Source of the DNA: Jatrophihabitantaceae bacterium
Lineage (GTDB): Bacteria > Actinomycetota > Actinomycetes > Mycobacteriales > Jatrophihabitantaceae
Assembly: GCA_045807085.1 (NCBI GenBank)
Contig: JBJMIB010000037.1
Span: forward strand, 39,546 to 103,545
Length of the DNA: 64,000 bases
Reading direction: 5' to 3'
The position numbers and the translations under genes were made by a program. This document shows, piece after piece, positions 1 through 9,108 of this stretch. The notes beneath the pieces are model-generated. The model worked only from the letters and a program-made list of their open reading frames with translations. It did no database searches and was not told the DNA's origin. Position 1 is the first letter of the stretch, and each line of letters starts with the position of its first letter.

Positions 1-39
1 GGGTACTAGCTCACCGGACGGTTGAGAACGAGATTCTGG

Positions 40-810
40 TTACCGTCCCAGCACCGATTCCAGCTCGGAGCGGGCGCCGGCCAGCGACGGCCCGTACCAG
101 GTCAGCAACCGGCCGCTGACCAGCTCGGCGCGGATGCCGGGGAATGCCTCCGGGCCGTCGGTGGCGCTGAATACGTACGGCTCGTCCGGCAGCAGCACCA
201 GTTCGGGCCGGACGGCCAGCAGGTCGGCCAGCCGCACCTTCGGATAGCGCTCGTCGCCGGAGCCGAAGATGTTGTCGAGGCCGAGTCGGCCGAGCAGGTC
301 GCCGGTGAAGGTGCGAGCGCCGACCACCATCCACGGGTCCCGCCAGATCGGGGTGACGGTGCGCAGCGGCGGCAGCCTGGGTGGTTCCGCCCAACTCTGC
401 TCGGCGGCCAGCAGCCAGTCCGGTCGCGGACCGCCCAGCGCCTCGACGAATAGCCGGTTGAGCGAGCCGAACGCCTCGGCCAGCGTCTCGATCCGAGTGA
501 CCCAGACGGCGACGCCGGCCGACCGCAGCCGGCGCACGTCGAGTTCCCGGTTCTCCTCCTGATTGCAGATCACCAGATCCGGGGTCAGCTCGGCGATCCG
601 TCTCAGATCCGGGTTCTTGGTGCCGCGCACCCGGGTGACGGTGAGTTCGGCAGGGTGGCTGCACCAGTCGGTGGCCCCGATCAGCAGCTCCGGACGGGTG
701 ACGGCAATCGCCTCGGTGAGCGACGGCACCAGCGAGACCACCGAGGCCACCGGTCGGTTCAGCCGGACCGGACTGCCGAGGTCGTCGGCGAGGGTGCGCA
801 CGGTCGTCAT
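40..810 (-). CDS. Periplasmic-binding-protein type III / helical-backbone metal (cobalamin/iron) receptor
   Basis: VVSLVPSLTE, LIGATDWC, GTKNPD and PDLVICNQEEN motifs of the BtuF-like family; start trimmed to ATG 810. Confidence 0.8.
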   Translation of the reverse strand: MTTVRTLADDLGSPVRLNRPVASVVSLVPSLTEAIAVTRPELLIGATDWCSHPAELTVTRVRGTKNPDLRRIAELTPDLVICNQEENRELDVRRLRSAGVAVWVTRIETLAEAFGSLNRLFVEALGGPRPDWLLAAEQSWAEPPRLPPLRTVTPIWRDPWMVVGARTFTGDLLGRLGLDNIFGSGDERYPKVRLADLLAVRPELVLLPDEPYVFSATDGPEAFPGIRAELVSGRLLTWYGPSLAGARSELESVLGR

Positions 811-898
811 CGTCGCACCTTGCCCGGTGAGCGGTTTTTGTCGGTCAGATCTGGCAGAGTCAAGATCGCAGAACATCGCCTCGGAAAGTGACGCTGAC

Positions 899-1789
899 AT
901 GGTGCCCGCCCGCCCACCTCGCAGACTGGACTTCCTGTCCGTGCGCGAGACGCCGGCCGGCCGGCAGCTGGATCTGGCCGACCTGCGCTGGCTGGATCCG
1001 TTGCACCTGGTCGGTGTGGCAACTCACGCGCTGCTGGCACAGCGGGCGGGCAGCCGGCTGGTGCTGACCGGGCTGCCGGAGAGCCAGGCCTACTACGCGG
1101 CGCGGATGCGCCTCGGCCAGATCATCGAGCTGTTCGGCGGCGAGCATGACCTGCCGCGGGTCAACGAGCGAGATCTGCGCGACAGCCTGCTGGAGATCCA
1201 GCCGCTGCGGAACGCGCACGACGTCGAGCGGCTGACCGAGCTGGTCTACCAGCGGGTGGCGCTGCGCAGCGAGCCGGCCGCCCGCGCGCTGCACCTGGCC
1301 ATCGGCGAGGTCGGCAGCAACGTCTGCCAACACGCCCGCAGCATCGGGTTCATGGCCGCCCAGACGATCGCCGAGCACGGGGTACTGCGGTTCGCGGTGG
1401 CCGACGCCGGCGTCGGCCTGCGGGCCACGCTGGCCTCGATCGGGGCCGAGGATGACCAGCAGGCGGTGCAGCTGGCGCTGTCCGGTGAGCGTCGCAAGCG
1501 CAGCCCCGGCTACGGGTACGGGCTGCCGAGCACCGTCAAGATCATCACCGAGCTGCACGGCGAGCTGCTGTTGGCCAGCGGGCTGGCCGCCAGCCGGGTG
1601 AGCCCAGGCCGCAGCATGGACCGCCGGCTGGAGGTGGCCTTCCACGGCACCATCTTCGAGGGCTCGGTGCCGGCTCGGGCGCCGGTCGGTGGCGGCAGCC
1701 GGCGGCGGCCGGCCACCCGGCATCGCCGGTCGGCCGAGCCGGAAAGCACGCCAGACGCTGTACCCAGCACGGGAGAGGTGAAACAATGA
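899..1789 (+). CDS. STAS-like N-terminal domain fused to a GHKL/HATPase_c (anti-sigma kinase-like) ATPase
   Basis: N box EVGSNVCQHA, G1 VADAGVG, G2 GYGYGL; N-terminal LDLADLRWLDP resembles a STAS motif; the upstream in-frame extension overlaps the antisense gene, so the start is set at ATG 899. Confidence 0.75.
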   Translation: MVPARPPRRLDFLSVRETPAGRQLDLADLRWLDPLHLVGVATHALLAQRAGSRLVLTGLPESQAYYAARMRLGQIIELFGGEHDLPRVNERDLRDSLLEIQPLRNAHDVERLTELVYQRVALRSEPAARALHLAIGEVGSNVCQHARSIGFMAAQTIAEHGVLRFAVADAGVGLRATLASIGAEDDQQAVQLALSGERRKRSPGYGYGLPSTVKIITELHGELLLASGLAASRVSPGRSMDRRLEVAFHGTIFEGSVPARAPVGGGSRRRPATRHRRSAEPESTPDAVPSTGEVKQ

Positions 1790-1868
1790 GGCTTGCACAG
1801 TTGTTATTCGCCGCAACGCTGCCCGGCTGGGAGCGTCGGCAGGCGGGTGGAACCGTGGGAGGGGACTC

Positions 1869-2174
1869 ATGAGCGCCCGAACATTGCAGCTGCCCAGGCT
1901 GGTCGCCGGCCGTGACTATGCCGACGACTTGGTGGACTCCCTCGGCCTGGAACCGGGCGCCGACGTGGTGGTGGACGCCGGTGAGTTGCTGTCCGGCACG
2001 CCGTCGTTCGCGGCCGAGTTGGTACGGCGGGTGCTGGTCGCCGGCCATGCCGGCTCGATGATGCTGCTCAATGCGCCAGCCGACTTCGTCAACTACATCC
2101 AGTCCGCCGCCGGGGACCTGGGGGTCAGCGGCAAGCTGGTGGTCCGCCGGGCGCCCGCGCACACCGCGGGGTAG
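1869..2174 (+). CDS. Small STAS-like (DUF4325-type) protein
   Basis: GGAGG upstream; VVVDAGELLSGTPSFAAELV resembles the STAS/DUF4325 phospho-Ser region; directly follows the GHKL ATPase. Confidence 0.65.
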   Translation: MSARTLQLPRLVAGRDYADDLVDSLGLEPGADVVVDAGELLSGTPSFAAELVRRVLVAGHAGSMMLLNAPADFVNYIQSAAGDLGVSGKLVVRRAPAHTAG

Positions 2175-2236
2175 GCAGGCCGCAGCTACAGCTGGGTGGC
2201 CACGCCGTGCGCACAGCGGGGATGGCCCGAACTCGG

Positions 2237-2716
2237 CTATGGCTGGCCCAGCGCGTTGCCGATCGTCGAGTTCAGCGCCGCCCAGGCTCGTTGCTCGTCC
2301 GGTCGGGAGACCTCGTCCTGCACACTGATCGAACTCACCTGGGCAATCCGTCGCCAGTCGTTCACCAACTCGGCCACCTCGGCGTCGGCCACCCGGCTCA
2401 GCATCACCTCAAGCAGCCCCGAGGTGCGGTCGAACCGCCTTTCCGCTTCGATAAGTTCCGCCGATCGGTAGCCGGGCGTGGCGCGGGCCAGTTCGCCGAA
2501 ATCGGCCAGTGCCTGGCGCAGCGCCAGCGCGGCGTTCTGCACGTCGAGCAGCGCCGTGCGACGCCGCTGGTACAGCCGTTCCTGCCGGTCCCGCCGGGAC
2601 AGGCTGAGCTGGGTGAACACCGCGACCAGCAACGACACCGCGGCGGCGATCAGCGCCGACTGCAGCGCACTCACCGAGCCGGATTGCGCCTGCTGGATAA
2701 GCCCTTGCGCGGTCAA
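2237..2716 (-). CDS. Hypothetical protein with one N-terminal TM helix and a helical C-terminus
   Basis: Hydrophobic ALIAAAVSLLVAVF followed by basic RRDRQERLYQRRR; plausible codon usage. Confidence 0.65.
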   Translation of the reverse strand: MTAQGLIQQAQSGSVSALQSALIAAAVSLLVAVFTQLSLSRRDRQERLYQRRRTALLDVQNAALALRQALADFGELARATPGYRSAELIEAERRFDRTSGLLEVMLSRVADAEVAELVNDWRRIAQVSSISVQDEVSRPDEQRAWAALNSTIGNALGQP

Positions 2717-2757
2717 GCCGATCCCTTCCGCGCGGCAGCTTCGTCTCCCGCATTAGA

Positions 2758-3396
2758 TCATCGACCGGCGACGAACTCGGCGGCCACCCGCAGGTCGGCG
2801 ACCAGGCCGGTCAGCGCCGCGTCCCGGTCCGGTGCCCGCAGCACCGCCGAGGGGTGCACGGTGGCCAGCACCGAGAACTGGTTGCCATCAAGGTCGGCGG
2901 TCAGCACACTGCCCCGGTTCTGGGTCAGCCGGAAGCTGGTGCCGAGCAGCGCCTGCGCGGCGGTGGCACCGAGCGCCACCACCAGCTTCGGCTGCACCGC
3001 GCGCAGCTCGGCGGCCAGCCATGGCCGGCAGGCGCGAATATTGCCGGCCGACGGCTTCTGGTGGATCCGCCGCTTGCTGCGCTCGTCCGGCTTCCACCGA
3101 AAGTGCTTGACCGCGTTGGTCAGATAGGTACGGTCCGGCTCGACGCCGGCCTCGGCCAGCGCTCGGTCGAGCAGCTTGCCGGCCGGTCCGACGAACGGCT
3201 CGCCACGCTGATCCTCCACGTCACCCGGCTGCTCACCGACCAGCATCATCGAGGCGTCGGCCGGCCCGCGGCCGAACACGGTCTGGGTGGCGTTCTGGTA
3301 GAGCTCGCAACCCTGGCAGTCGGCCGCCGCCCGGGCGACGGCGGGCAGCTGGTCGGTATCCGGCAGGTATGGCTCAGCGGTGCTGGTAGCGGCCAT
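2758..3396 (-). CDS. udgX: UdgX-type family-4 uracil-DNA glycosylase
   Basis: CQGC Fe-S ligands, GEQPG, NAVKHF, the KRRIH R-loop diagnostic of UdgX, HPSAVLR. Confidence 0.9.
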   Translation of the reverse strand: MAATSTAEPYLPDTDQLPAVARAAADCQGCELYQNATQTVFGRGPADASMMLVGEQPGDVEDQRGEPFVGPAGKLLDRALAEAGVEPDRTYLTNAVKHFRWKPDERSKRRIHQKPSAGNIRACRPWLAAELRAVQPKLVVALGATAAQALLGTSFRLTQNRGSVLTADLDGNQFSVLATVHPSAVLRAPDRDAALTGLVADLRVAAEFVAGR

Positions 3397-3630
3397 GGAT
3401 GTCCTCCGGTGGGAAGCCCGCAGCGCTGTTGGCGGTCTGACCCGAGCCTACCCGCGTCCCATCGGGAGTTGCGTTCTGTCCGGCCTGCGCATACTTTCAA
3501 TTCAGGCGCGCCTTTTACAGGCGGCTCGTTGAGGCTGAATCGACAGCCGACCTGTGCTGATGCGAACGACGCCATGCCCTTTGGATAGCCCTTTTTGCGG
3601 GCAGCGTCCTCGCGTCCAGAAGGAGCATTC

Positions 3631-3774
3631 GTGCAGCCTCTCCAGAATTCCGTACTGGCCGATCCAGCCCAAGAAATCCTGCTCCGCGTCCAACCGCCGT
3701 TCATCCAGCTGGCCGCCGTGCCGGTGATCGAGGAGCCGGTCACCGTGCAGGACCCGCCCTGGCGTGATGAGTGA
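3631..3774 (+). CDS. Putative 47-aa small ORF overlapping the HAD hydrolase start
   Basis: AGAAGGAG Shine-Dalgarno 5 nt before GTG 3631; stop overlaps the next ATG (GATGAGTGA). Confidence 0.5.
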   Translation: MQPLQNSVLADPAQEILLRVQPPFIQLAAVPVIEEPVTVQDPPWRDE

Positions 3775-4450
3775 ACGGCTGCTGAAGCCCGTACGCGGCG
3801 TGCTGTTCGACGTGGACGGCACGCTGATCGACACCACGTTCGTGCATACCGTGTGCTGGTGGCAGGCCTTTCGCCAGCACGACATCGACGCGCCGATGGC
3901 GGTCATCCACCGGTCGGTGGGGATGGGCTCGGACAAGCTGGTGGGCAACGTGCTCGGCAGCACCGAAGGCGTCGACCTCGATGCGCTCTCGGCCAGCCAT
4001 GACGCCCTGTATTCGGCGTACTGGCCGCAACTGCGGCTGCTGCCCGGCGCCCGTGACCTGCTACGGCGCTGCCATCAGGCGGGTCTGCTGACGGCGCTGG
4101 CCTCCTCGGCCAAGGAGCGAGAGCTGGGCATGCTGCTGCGGGTGCTGGACTGTGCCGAGGCGATCGACGTGGCCACCAGTTCGGCCGACGCCGACGCCAG
4201 CAAGCCGGCGCCGGACATCCTGGAGGTGGCACTGGCCAAGGCCGAACTCTCGGCGGACGAGGCGTTGTTCATCGGCGACGCGGTCTGGGATGTGCACGCC
4301 AGCGGCAAGCTTGGCATCGCCTGCATCGGCCTGGAAAGCGGCGGCACCAGCGCCGCCGAGCTGTTGGCGGCCGGCGCCTTCGCCACCTACTCCGATCCGC
4401 GGGATCTACTCCTGCACAGCGATGAGCTGCATTGGTTGGCAGATCGCTGA
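3764..4450 (+). CDS. HAD-superfamily hydrolase
   Basis: FDVDGTLID motif I, ASS motif II, KPAPD and FIGDAVWD motifs III/IV. Confidence 0.9.
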   Translation: MMSERLLKPVRGVLFDVDGTLIDTTFVHTVCWWQAFRQHDIDAPMAVIHRSVGMGSDKLVGNVLGSTEGVDLDALSASHDALYSAYWPQLRLLPGARDLLRRCHQAGLLTALASSAKERELGMLLRVLDCAEAIDVATSSADADASKPAPDILEVALAKAELSADEALFIGDAVWDVHASGKLGIACIGLESGGTSAAELLAAGAFATYSDPRDLLLHSDELHWLADR

Positions 4451-4472
4451 ACTCGTAGCGAGGAACTAGATC

Positions 4473-5444
4473 GTGACCCGATTCGGCTACACCCTGATGA
4501 CCGAGCAAAGCGGCCCGAAGGAACTCCTCCGGTACGCGGTCGGTGCCGAGCAGGCTGGCTTCGACTTCGCGGTCTCCAGCGACCACTACTTTCCCTGGCT
4601 GCCGGAGATGGGTCATTCGTCCTATGCCTGGTCGGTGCTCGGCGCCGTCGCGCACGCCACCGAGCGGCTGGAGCTGATGACGTACGTGACCTGCCCGACC
4701 ATGCGCTACCACCCGGTGGTGGTGGCCCAGAAGGCAGCCACCCTCGGGTTGCTGTCGGACAACCGGTTCGTGCTGGGGTTGGGTTCGGGGGAGAACCTGA
4801 ACGAGCACGTGGTCGGTCGTGGCTGGCCGATGGCCTCGGTCCGGCAGGACATGCTGGCCGAGGCCATCGAGCTGATCCGGGCGTTGCACCGGGGCGAGCA
4901 GACCACCTGGGTGGGCGAGCACTTCCGTGCCGACTCGGCCAAGATCTGGGATCTGCCGGACCGGCCGGTGCCGTTGGCAGCGGCGGTGTCCGGGGATGGT
5001 TCGGTCAGCCGGTTCGCGCCGGTGGCCGACCACCTGATCGCGGTGGAGCCGCGGGCCGAGCTGGTGAGCGGTTGGGACGCGGCCCGGCCAAATCTGCCGG
5101 CCTCCCGCAAGATCGGCCAGATCCCGATCTGCTGGGGCGTCGAGGCGAAGCAGGCGGTCCAGCGGGCACACCAGCTGTTCCGCTGGTTCGGCGGCGGCTG
5201 GAAGGTGAACTCCGACCTCCCGACGCCGGTCGCCTTCGACAGCGCCAGCCAGTTCGTCCGAACCGAGGACATCGCCGAGTCGATCGCCTGCGGCCCGGAT
5301 CTGGACCAGCTCGCCGAATCGGTGCGGCCGTTCCTGGATGCCGGCTTCACCGATGTCGCGCTGGTGCAGATCGGCGACGAGAGCCAACCGCAGTTCCTGG
5401 CCCAGATCGCCCAGCCGCTGCTGGCGAAACTCCGCACGCTCTGA
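4473..5444 (+). CDS. LLM-class F420-dependent oxidoreductase (G6PDH-like family)
   Basis: AEQAGFDF, SDHYFPW, YHPVVVAQ, LGLGSGENLNEH. Confidence 0.9.
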   Translation: MTRFGYTLMTEQSGPKELLRYAVGAEQAGFDFAVSSDHYFPWLPEMGHSSYAWSVLGAVAHATERLELMTYVTCPTMRYHPVVVAQKAATLGLLSDNRFVLGLGSGENLNEHVVGRGWPMASVRQDMLAEAIELIRALHRGEQTTWVGEHFRADSAKIWDLPDRPVPLAAAVSGDGSVSRFAPVADHLIAVEPRAELVSGWDAARPNLPASRKIGQIPICWGVEAKQAVQRAHQLFRWFGGGWKVNSDLPTPVAFDSASQFVRTEDIAESIACGPDLDQLAESVRPFLDAGFTDVALVQIGDESQPQFLAQIAQPLLAKLRTL

Positions 5445-5475
5445 CGTACGCCCGGCTACCGCTAGATTTGCGTTC

Positions 5476-6327
5476 ATGGCCGCATGGGTAGGCATCTCCG
5501 GCTGGAACTACCCCCCGTGGCGGGGCACCTTCTACCCGGTCGGGTTGCCGCATCGAGCTGAGCTGGCCTATGCGGCGAGCCAGCTCGATTCGATCGAGAT
5601 CAACAGCTCCTTCTACCGGCTGCAGCATCCGACCAGCTATCACCGCTGGGTGGCCGAGACGCCGGCGGACTTCTGTTTCGCGGTGAAGGGCGCCCGTTTC
5701 ATCACCCACCTGAAGCGGCTGACCGACGCCGAGCAGACGGTGCCGAACTTCCTGGCCAGCGGAGTGCTCGCGCTGGGGCGCAAGCTCGGCCCGCTGCTGT
5801 GGCAGCTGCCGCCGACCTTTCGCTTCGACGTCGAGCGGATCCGGCAGTTCCTGCTCCGGCTGCCCCGATCCACCGGCGAGGCGGCCTACCTGGCCCGCCG
5901 GCACGACGAGCGGCTGGCCGGCCGAGCCTGGACCGGCACCGCCGACGACCGGCCGCTGCGGCATGCGATGGAGGTACGGCACGACAGCTTCAAGGCCCAG
6001 GCATTCCTGGAGCTGCTGGCCGAGAACCAGGTGGCCGCGGTGATCGCCGATACGGCCGGCAAGTGGCCGCAGTTCGACGTGGTCACCGCCGACTTCGTCT
6101 ACATCCGGCTGCACGGGGCGCAGGAGCTGTACGTCAGTGGCTACACCGGCCCCGAACTGGCCAATTGGGCGGGCAAGATCAGCGGTTGGCTGGACCGTGG
6201 CCTGGACGTCTACACCTACTTCGACAACGACGTGAAGGTCCGAGCACCCTACGATGCGATGGCGTTGGCTCGGCTGCTGGCCGGCCGGCCGACGGCCGCC
6301 CTGCCGGTGTCGGATTACCGCGCCTGA
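5476..6327 (+). CDS. DUF72 domain protein
   Basis: VGISGWNY, EINSSFY, GPLLWQLPP, YIRLHG, YFDND. Confidence 0.9.
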   Translation: MAAWVGISGWNYPPWRGTFYPVGLPHRAELAYAASQLDSIEINSSFYRLQHPTSYHRWVAETPADFCFAVKGARFITHLKRLTDAEQTVPNFLASGVLALGRKLGPLLWQLPPTFRFDVERIRQFLLRLPRSTGEAAYLARRHDERLAGRAWTGTADDRPLRHAMEVRHDSFKAQAFLELLAENQVAAVIADTAGKWPQFDVVTADFVYIRLHGAQELYVSGYTGPELANWAGKISGWLDRGLDVYTYFDNDVKVRAPYDAMALARLLAGRPTAALPVSDYRA

Positions 6328-6372
6328 CGCGGGCGCCCTTCCGGTGTCGGATTACCGCGCCTGACGCGGGCG
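6304..6372. repeat. 32-bp direct repeat (period 37) duplicating the DUF72 3' end and stop codon
   Basis: CCGGTGTCGGATTACCGCGCCTGACGCGGGCG at 6304-6335 and 6341-6372. Confidence 0.9.
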
Positions 6373-6386
6373 GGCGGGCTGCCCTG

Positions 6387-7109
6387 CTAGGCGTCCGACC
6401 GCTTCGGTGGCACGTCGGGCAGCGTTCCGGTCTCCATCACCTCGCTGGCCACGTCGCGCAGCTTGCGGTGCAGGTTCTGGCTGGCCGTGCGCAGCAGGTC
6501 GAAGGCGGCCTCGGCGGTTACCTTGCGGTGCGCCATCAGGATTCCCAGCGCCATGCCGATCTCCCGGCTGCTCTGCAGCGCCGTCTCCAGGTTGGCCGAA
6601 TGGTCCTGGGCGGCCAGCAGCGCCACCAGGGTGGCGGCCTGGGCGGCAAAGATCGTCGCGGTCTCGGATGCTTCGCCGGAGAAACCGGCGGGCTCGCTGC
6701 TGTAGAGGGTGAGCACCGAGGGATGGGCTCCGGCCAGCCGGAATGCCAGCACGCTGCGCACGTCGGTGGCCCGCGCCGCCAACGCGGCGAATCGTGGCCA
6801 GCGGGACTCGCCGGTCAGCCCGCCGCTGAGCATGTCCCGGTCCAGGCGGGCGGTATCCAGGGTCGGCCCCTCGCGGAGTTCGTTCTGCAGTTGCTCCAGT
6901 TGTTCGCCGACCTTGTCCGAGCTGCCCAGCAGGTGACTCTGCCTGCCCCGAAGCACCGAGGCGGTGGCGTAGCGGCACCCCTCGATGGACTTGACGGCCA
7001 GGTCGACCATGCGCTGTATCGCGGCCCCGCTGTCGCCAGGGCCGCTTATTTGTTCGGCTAGATCGGCAAACTCCCGGGAGAGTTGAAGCAGGTCGGCTCG
7101 GTCCATCAT
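6387..7109 (-). CDS. GAF and ANTAR domain-containing protein
   Basis: GAF-like EQLQNELREGP...SRWPRFA, then ANTAR ALQSSREIGMALGILMA...AFDLLRTASQNLHRKLRDVA. Confidence 0.9.
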   Translation of the reverse strand: MMDRADLLQLSREFADLAEQISGPGDSGAAIQRMVDLAVKSIEGCRYATASVLRGRQSHLLGSSDKVGEQLEQLQNELREGPTLDTARLDRDMLSGGLTGESRWPRFAALAARATDVRSVLAFRLAGAHPSVLTLYSSEPAGFSGEASETATIFAAQAATLVALLAAQDHSANLETALQSSREIGMALGILMAHRKVTAEAAFDLLRTASQNLHRKLRDVASEVMETGTLPDVPPKRSDA

Positions 7110-7312
7110 GGCCCTTAACAGTCATGGCCCAAAGTTGTGCATCACACCCGGCTCCGCTGCTGAACCGTGTGCAGTCAATTTTTATCAGATGCCGCGCGGG
7201 GACTGATATGGGTGCGGCATTTTTCCCGGAAATCCGGTCTGGACGCACCCGAGGTGCCGGTCGAACACCGTCCGACCCATAACGGTGTTTCCACGAGTGG
7301 TCAATCGGCCGC

Positions 7313-7957
7313 TCAAAGCTGTTCGGGCTGGCCGTATCCGCGAAACGCCTCGGCCGCCTCGGCCAGCTGGGCGTCGGTGAGCGCTCGCTGGTTGCCGAGC
7401 AGGCGGGCCCGCCAGGCCAGCTCAGCGACATATTCCACCGACTCGGCAACGGTCATCGCCTCGGCGAGTTCGCTGCCCACCGCCACCAAGCCGTGATGGG
7501 CCAGCAGCACCGCCGGTCGGTCGGCCAATGCGCGCACGCAGGCCTCGGCCAGTTCCTCGGTGCCGTAGCGGGCGTACGGTGCGATCGGCGGGCTGCCACC
7601 GGCCCGGGCCAGCTGGTAGTGCACCGGCGGGATCGGCTCGTCGAGCACCGCGAAGACGGTGGCGAACATCGAGTGGGTGTGCACGATGGCGGCCACGTCC
7701 GGCCGGGTTCGGTAGATCCGCAGGTGCAGCGCCAGCTCCGAGGTCGGTGCCAGCGCCCCGTCCAGCCGGCTGCCGTCCAGGCCGACCACCGGCACCGCGG
7801 CCGGCTCCAGCTCCGGGTACGGCACGCCGGTCGGTGACACCGCCACCGCGTCGGCCTGCCGGACCGAGATGTTGCCGGCGGTGCCGCGCACCAGGCCGGT
7901 GGCCAGCAACCGCTGGCAGCCCCAGACCACGGCCGAGCGCTGTTCGGCAAGCAACAT
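7313..7957 (-). CDS. Class II aldolase/adducin family protein (fuculose-phosphate aldolase-like)
   Basis: GTAGNIS, PTSELALH, VHTHS, LLAHHG zinc-binding motifs. Confidence 0.88.
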   Translation of the reverse strand: MLLAEQRSAVVWGCQRLLATGLVRGTAGNISVRQADAVAVSPTGVPYPELEPAAVPVVGLDGSRLDGALAPTSELALHLRIYRTRPDVAAIVHTHSMFATVFAVLDEPIPPVHYQLARAGGSPPIAPYARYGTEELAEACVRALADRPAVLLAHHGLVAVGSELAEAMTVAESVEYVAELAWRARLLGNQRALTDAQLAEAAEAFRGYGQPEQL

Positions 7958-8031
7958 GGCTGTCGAGGCTAGCGAGTGAGCAGCGCAGTCGCGAGGAGCG
8001 CAGCGCGATTAACACCGGTTAGGCTCCGATC

Positions 8032-9084
8032 GTGCGCACGATCGACTGGGTGGACGGCCGGATCCGGATCATCGACCAGACCAGGTTGCCGGCCGAACTG
8101 CGCAGCATCGACATCGCCGAGGTGGACGAGCTGGTGACGCACATCGCCTCGCTGGCGGTGCGCGGGGCGATGGCCCTAGGTGTTGCCGGCGCGCTCGGCA
8201 TGGCGCTGGCCGCCGTCCGGGCCACCGAGCGGGACGAGCCGCTCGACCCGGTGCTGGCCGCGGCCGCCGACCGGCTGATCGGCGCCCGGCCGACCGCGGT
8301 CAACCTCGGCTGGGGGGTTCGGGAACTGCTGCTGGCGCGGGCCGCCGGCGCCGATGCCGGCCAGCTGCTCGATCGGGCGCTGGCCATCCGGGACGCCGAC
8401 CTCGCGGTCAGCCGCGCGCTCAGCCAGCGTGGCGCCGAGTTGCTGGCCGGCTGCCGAACCGTGCTCACCCACTGCAATGCCGGCGCGCTGGCCGGTGTCG
8501 AGTCCGGGTCAGCGCTCGGCGTGATCGAGCGGCTGCACGCCGACCAGCCGCTGGAGTGCGTCTATGTCTGTGAGACCCGCCCGTTGCTGCAGGGCAGCCG
8601 GCTGACCGCCTGGGAACTGGGCCGGCGCGCTATCCCGTACCGGGTGATCGTGGACTCGGCAGCCGCCGGGCTGATAGCCGGCGGGGGAGTCGATGCGGTG
8701 GTGGTCGGGGCCGATCGGGTCGCGGCGAACGGCGATGTCGCCAACAAGGTCGGCACGCTGGGGCACGCGCTGGCGGCCAGGCATGCCGGCATCCCGTTCG
8801 TGGTGGCCGCCCCGGAGGCCACCATCGACGCCGAGGCCGAGACCGGCCGCGACATCCCGATCGAGATCCGGGACGAGGCCGAGGTGCTCGGCTTCGCCGG
8901 CCAGCGGGTCGCGGCCCCGGGCAGCACCGGCTGGAATCCGGCCTTCGACGTGACCCCGGCCGAGCTGGTGACCGCCGTGGTGACCGAGGCCCGCACCATC
9001 CGGGGCCGGGCCGAGCGGGCGCTACCGATACCGGCCGACTTGTCTCAGCTCACGTCCGCCGGGCCCGCGACTACTGCCGGCTGA
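8032..9084 (+). CDS. mtnA: S-methyl-5-thioribose-1-phosphate isomerase
   Basis: IIDQTRLP, VRGA, ARPTAVNL, LTHCNAG, ETRPLLQGSRLTAWEL, GDVANKVGT, NPAFDVTP. Confidence 0.92.
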   Translation: MRTIDWVDGRIRIIDQTRLPAELRSIDIAEVDELVTHIASLAVRGAMALGVAGALGMALAAVRATERDEPLDPVLAAAADRLIGARPTAVNLGWGVRELLLARAAGADAGQLLDRALAIRDADLAVSRALSQRGAELLAGCRTVLTHCNAGALAGVESGSALGVIERLHADQPLECVYVCETRPLLQGSRLTAWELGRRAIPYRVIVDSAAAGLIAGGGVDAVVVGADRVAANGDVANKVGTLGHALAARHAGIPFVVAAPEATIDAEAETGRDIPIEIRDEAEVLGFAGQRVAAPGSTGWNPAFDVTPAELVTAVVTEARTIRGRAERALPIPADLSQLTSAGPATTAG

Positions 9085-9108
9085 CCGACCGGGGTTGAAT
9101 GTCCTTCC

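Noticed and set aside
2758-3396. UdgX as part of a novel DNA-modification or defence locus
   Set aside because: Stand-alone udgX is known in actinobacteria and no radical-SAM or DUF4130 partner is adjacent.
7110-7312. ANTAR twin-hairpin RNA target near the GAF-ANTAR gene
   Set aside because: I could not identify two hexaloop stems with the conserved loop residues by eye; a covariance-model search would be needed.
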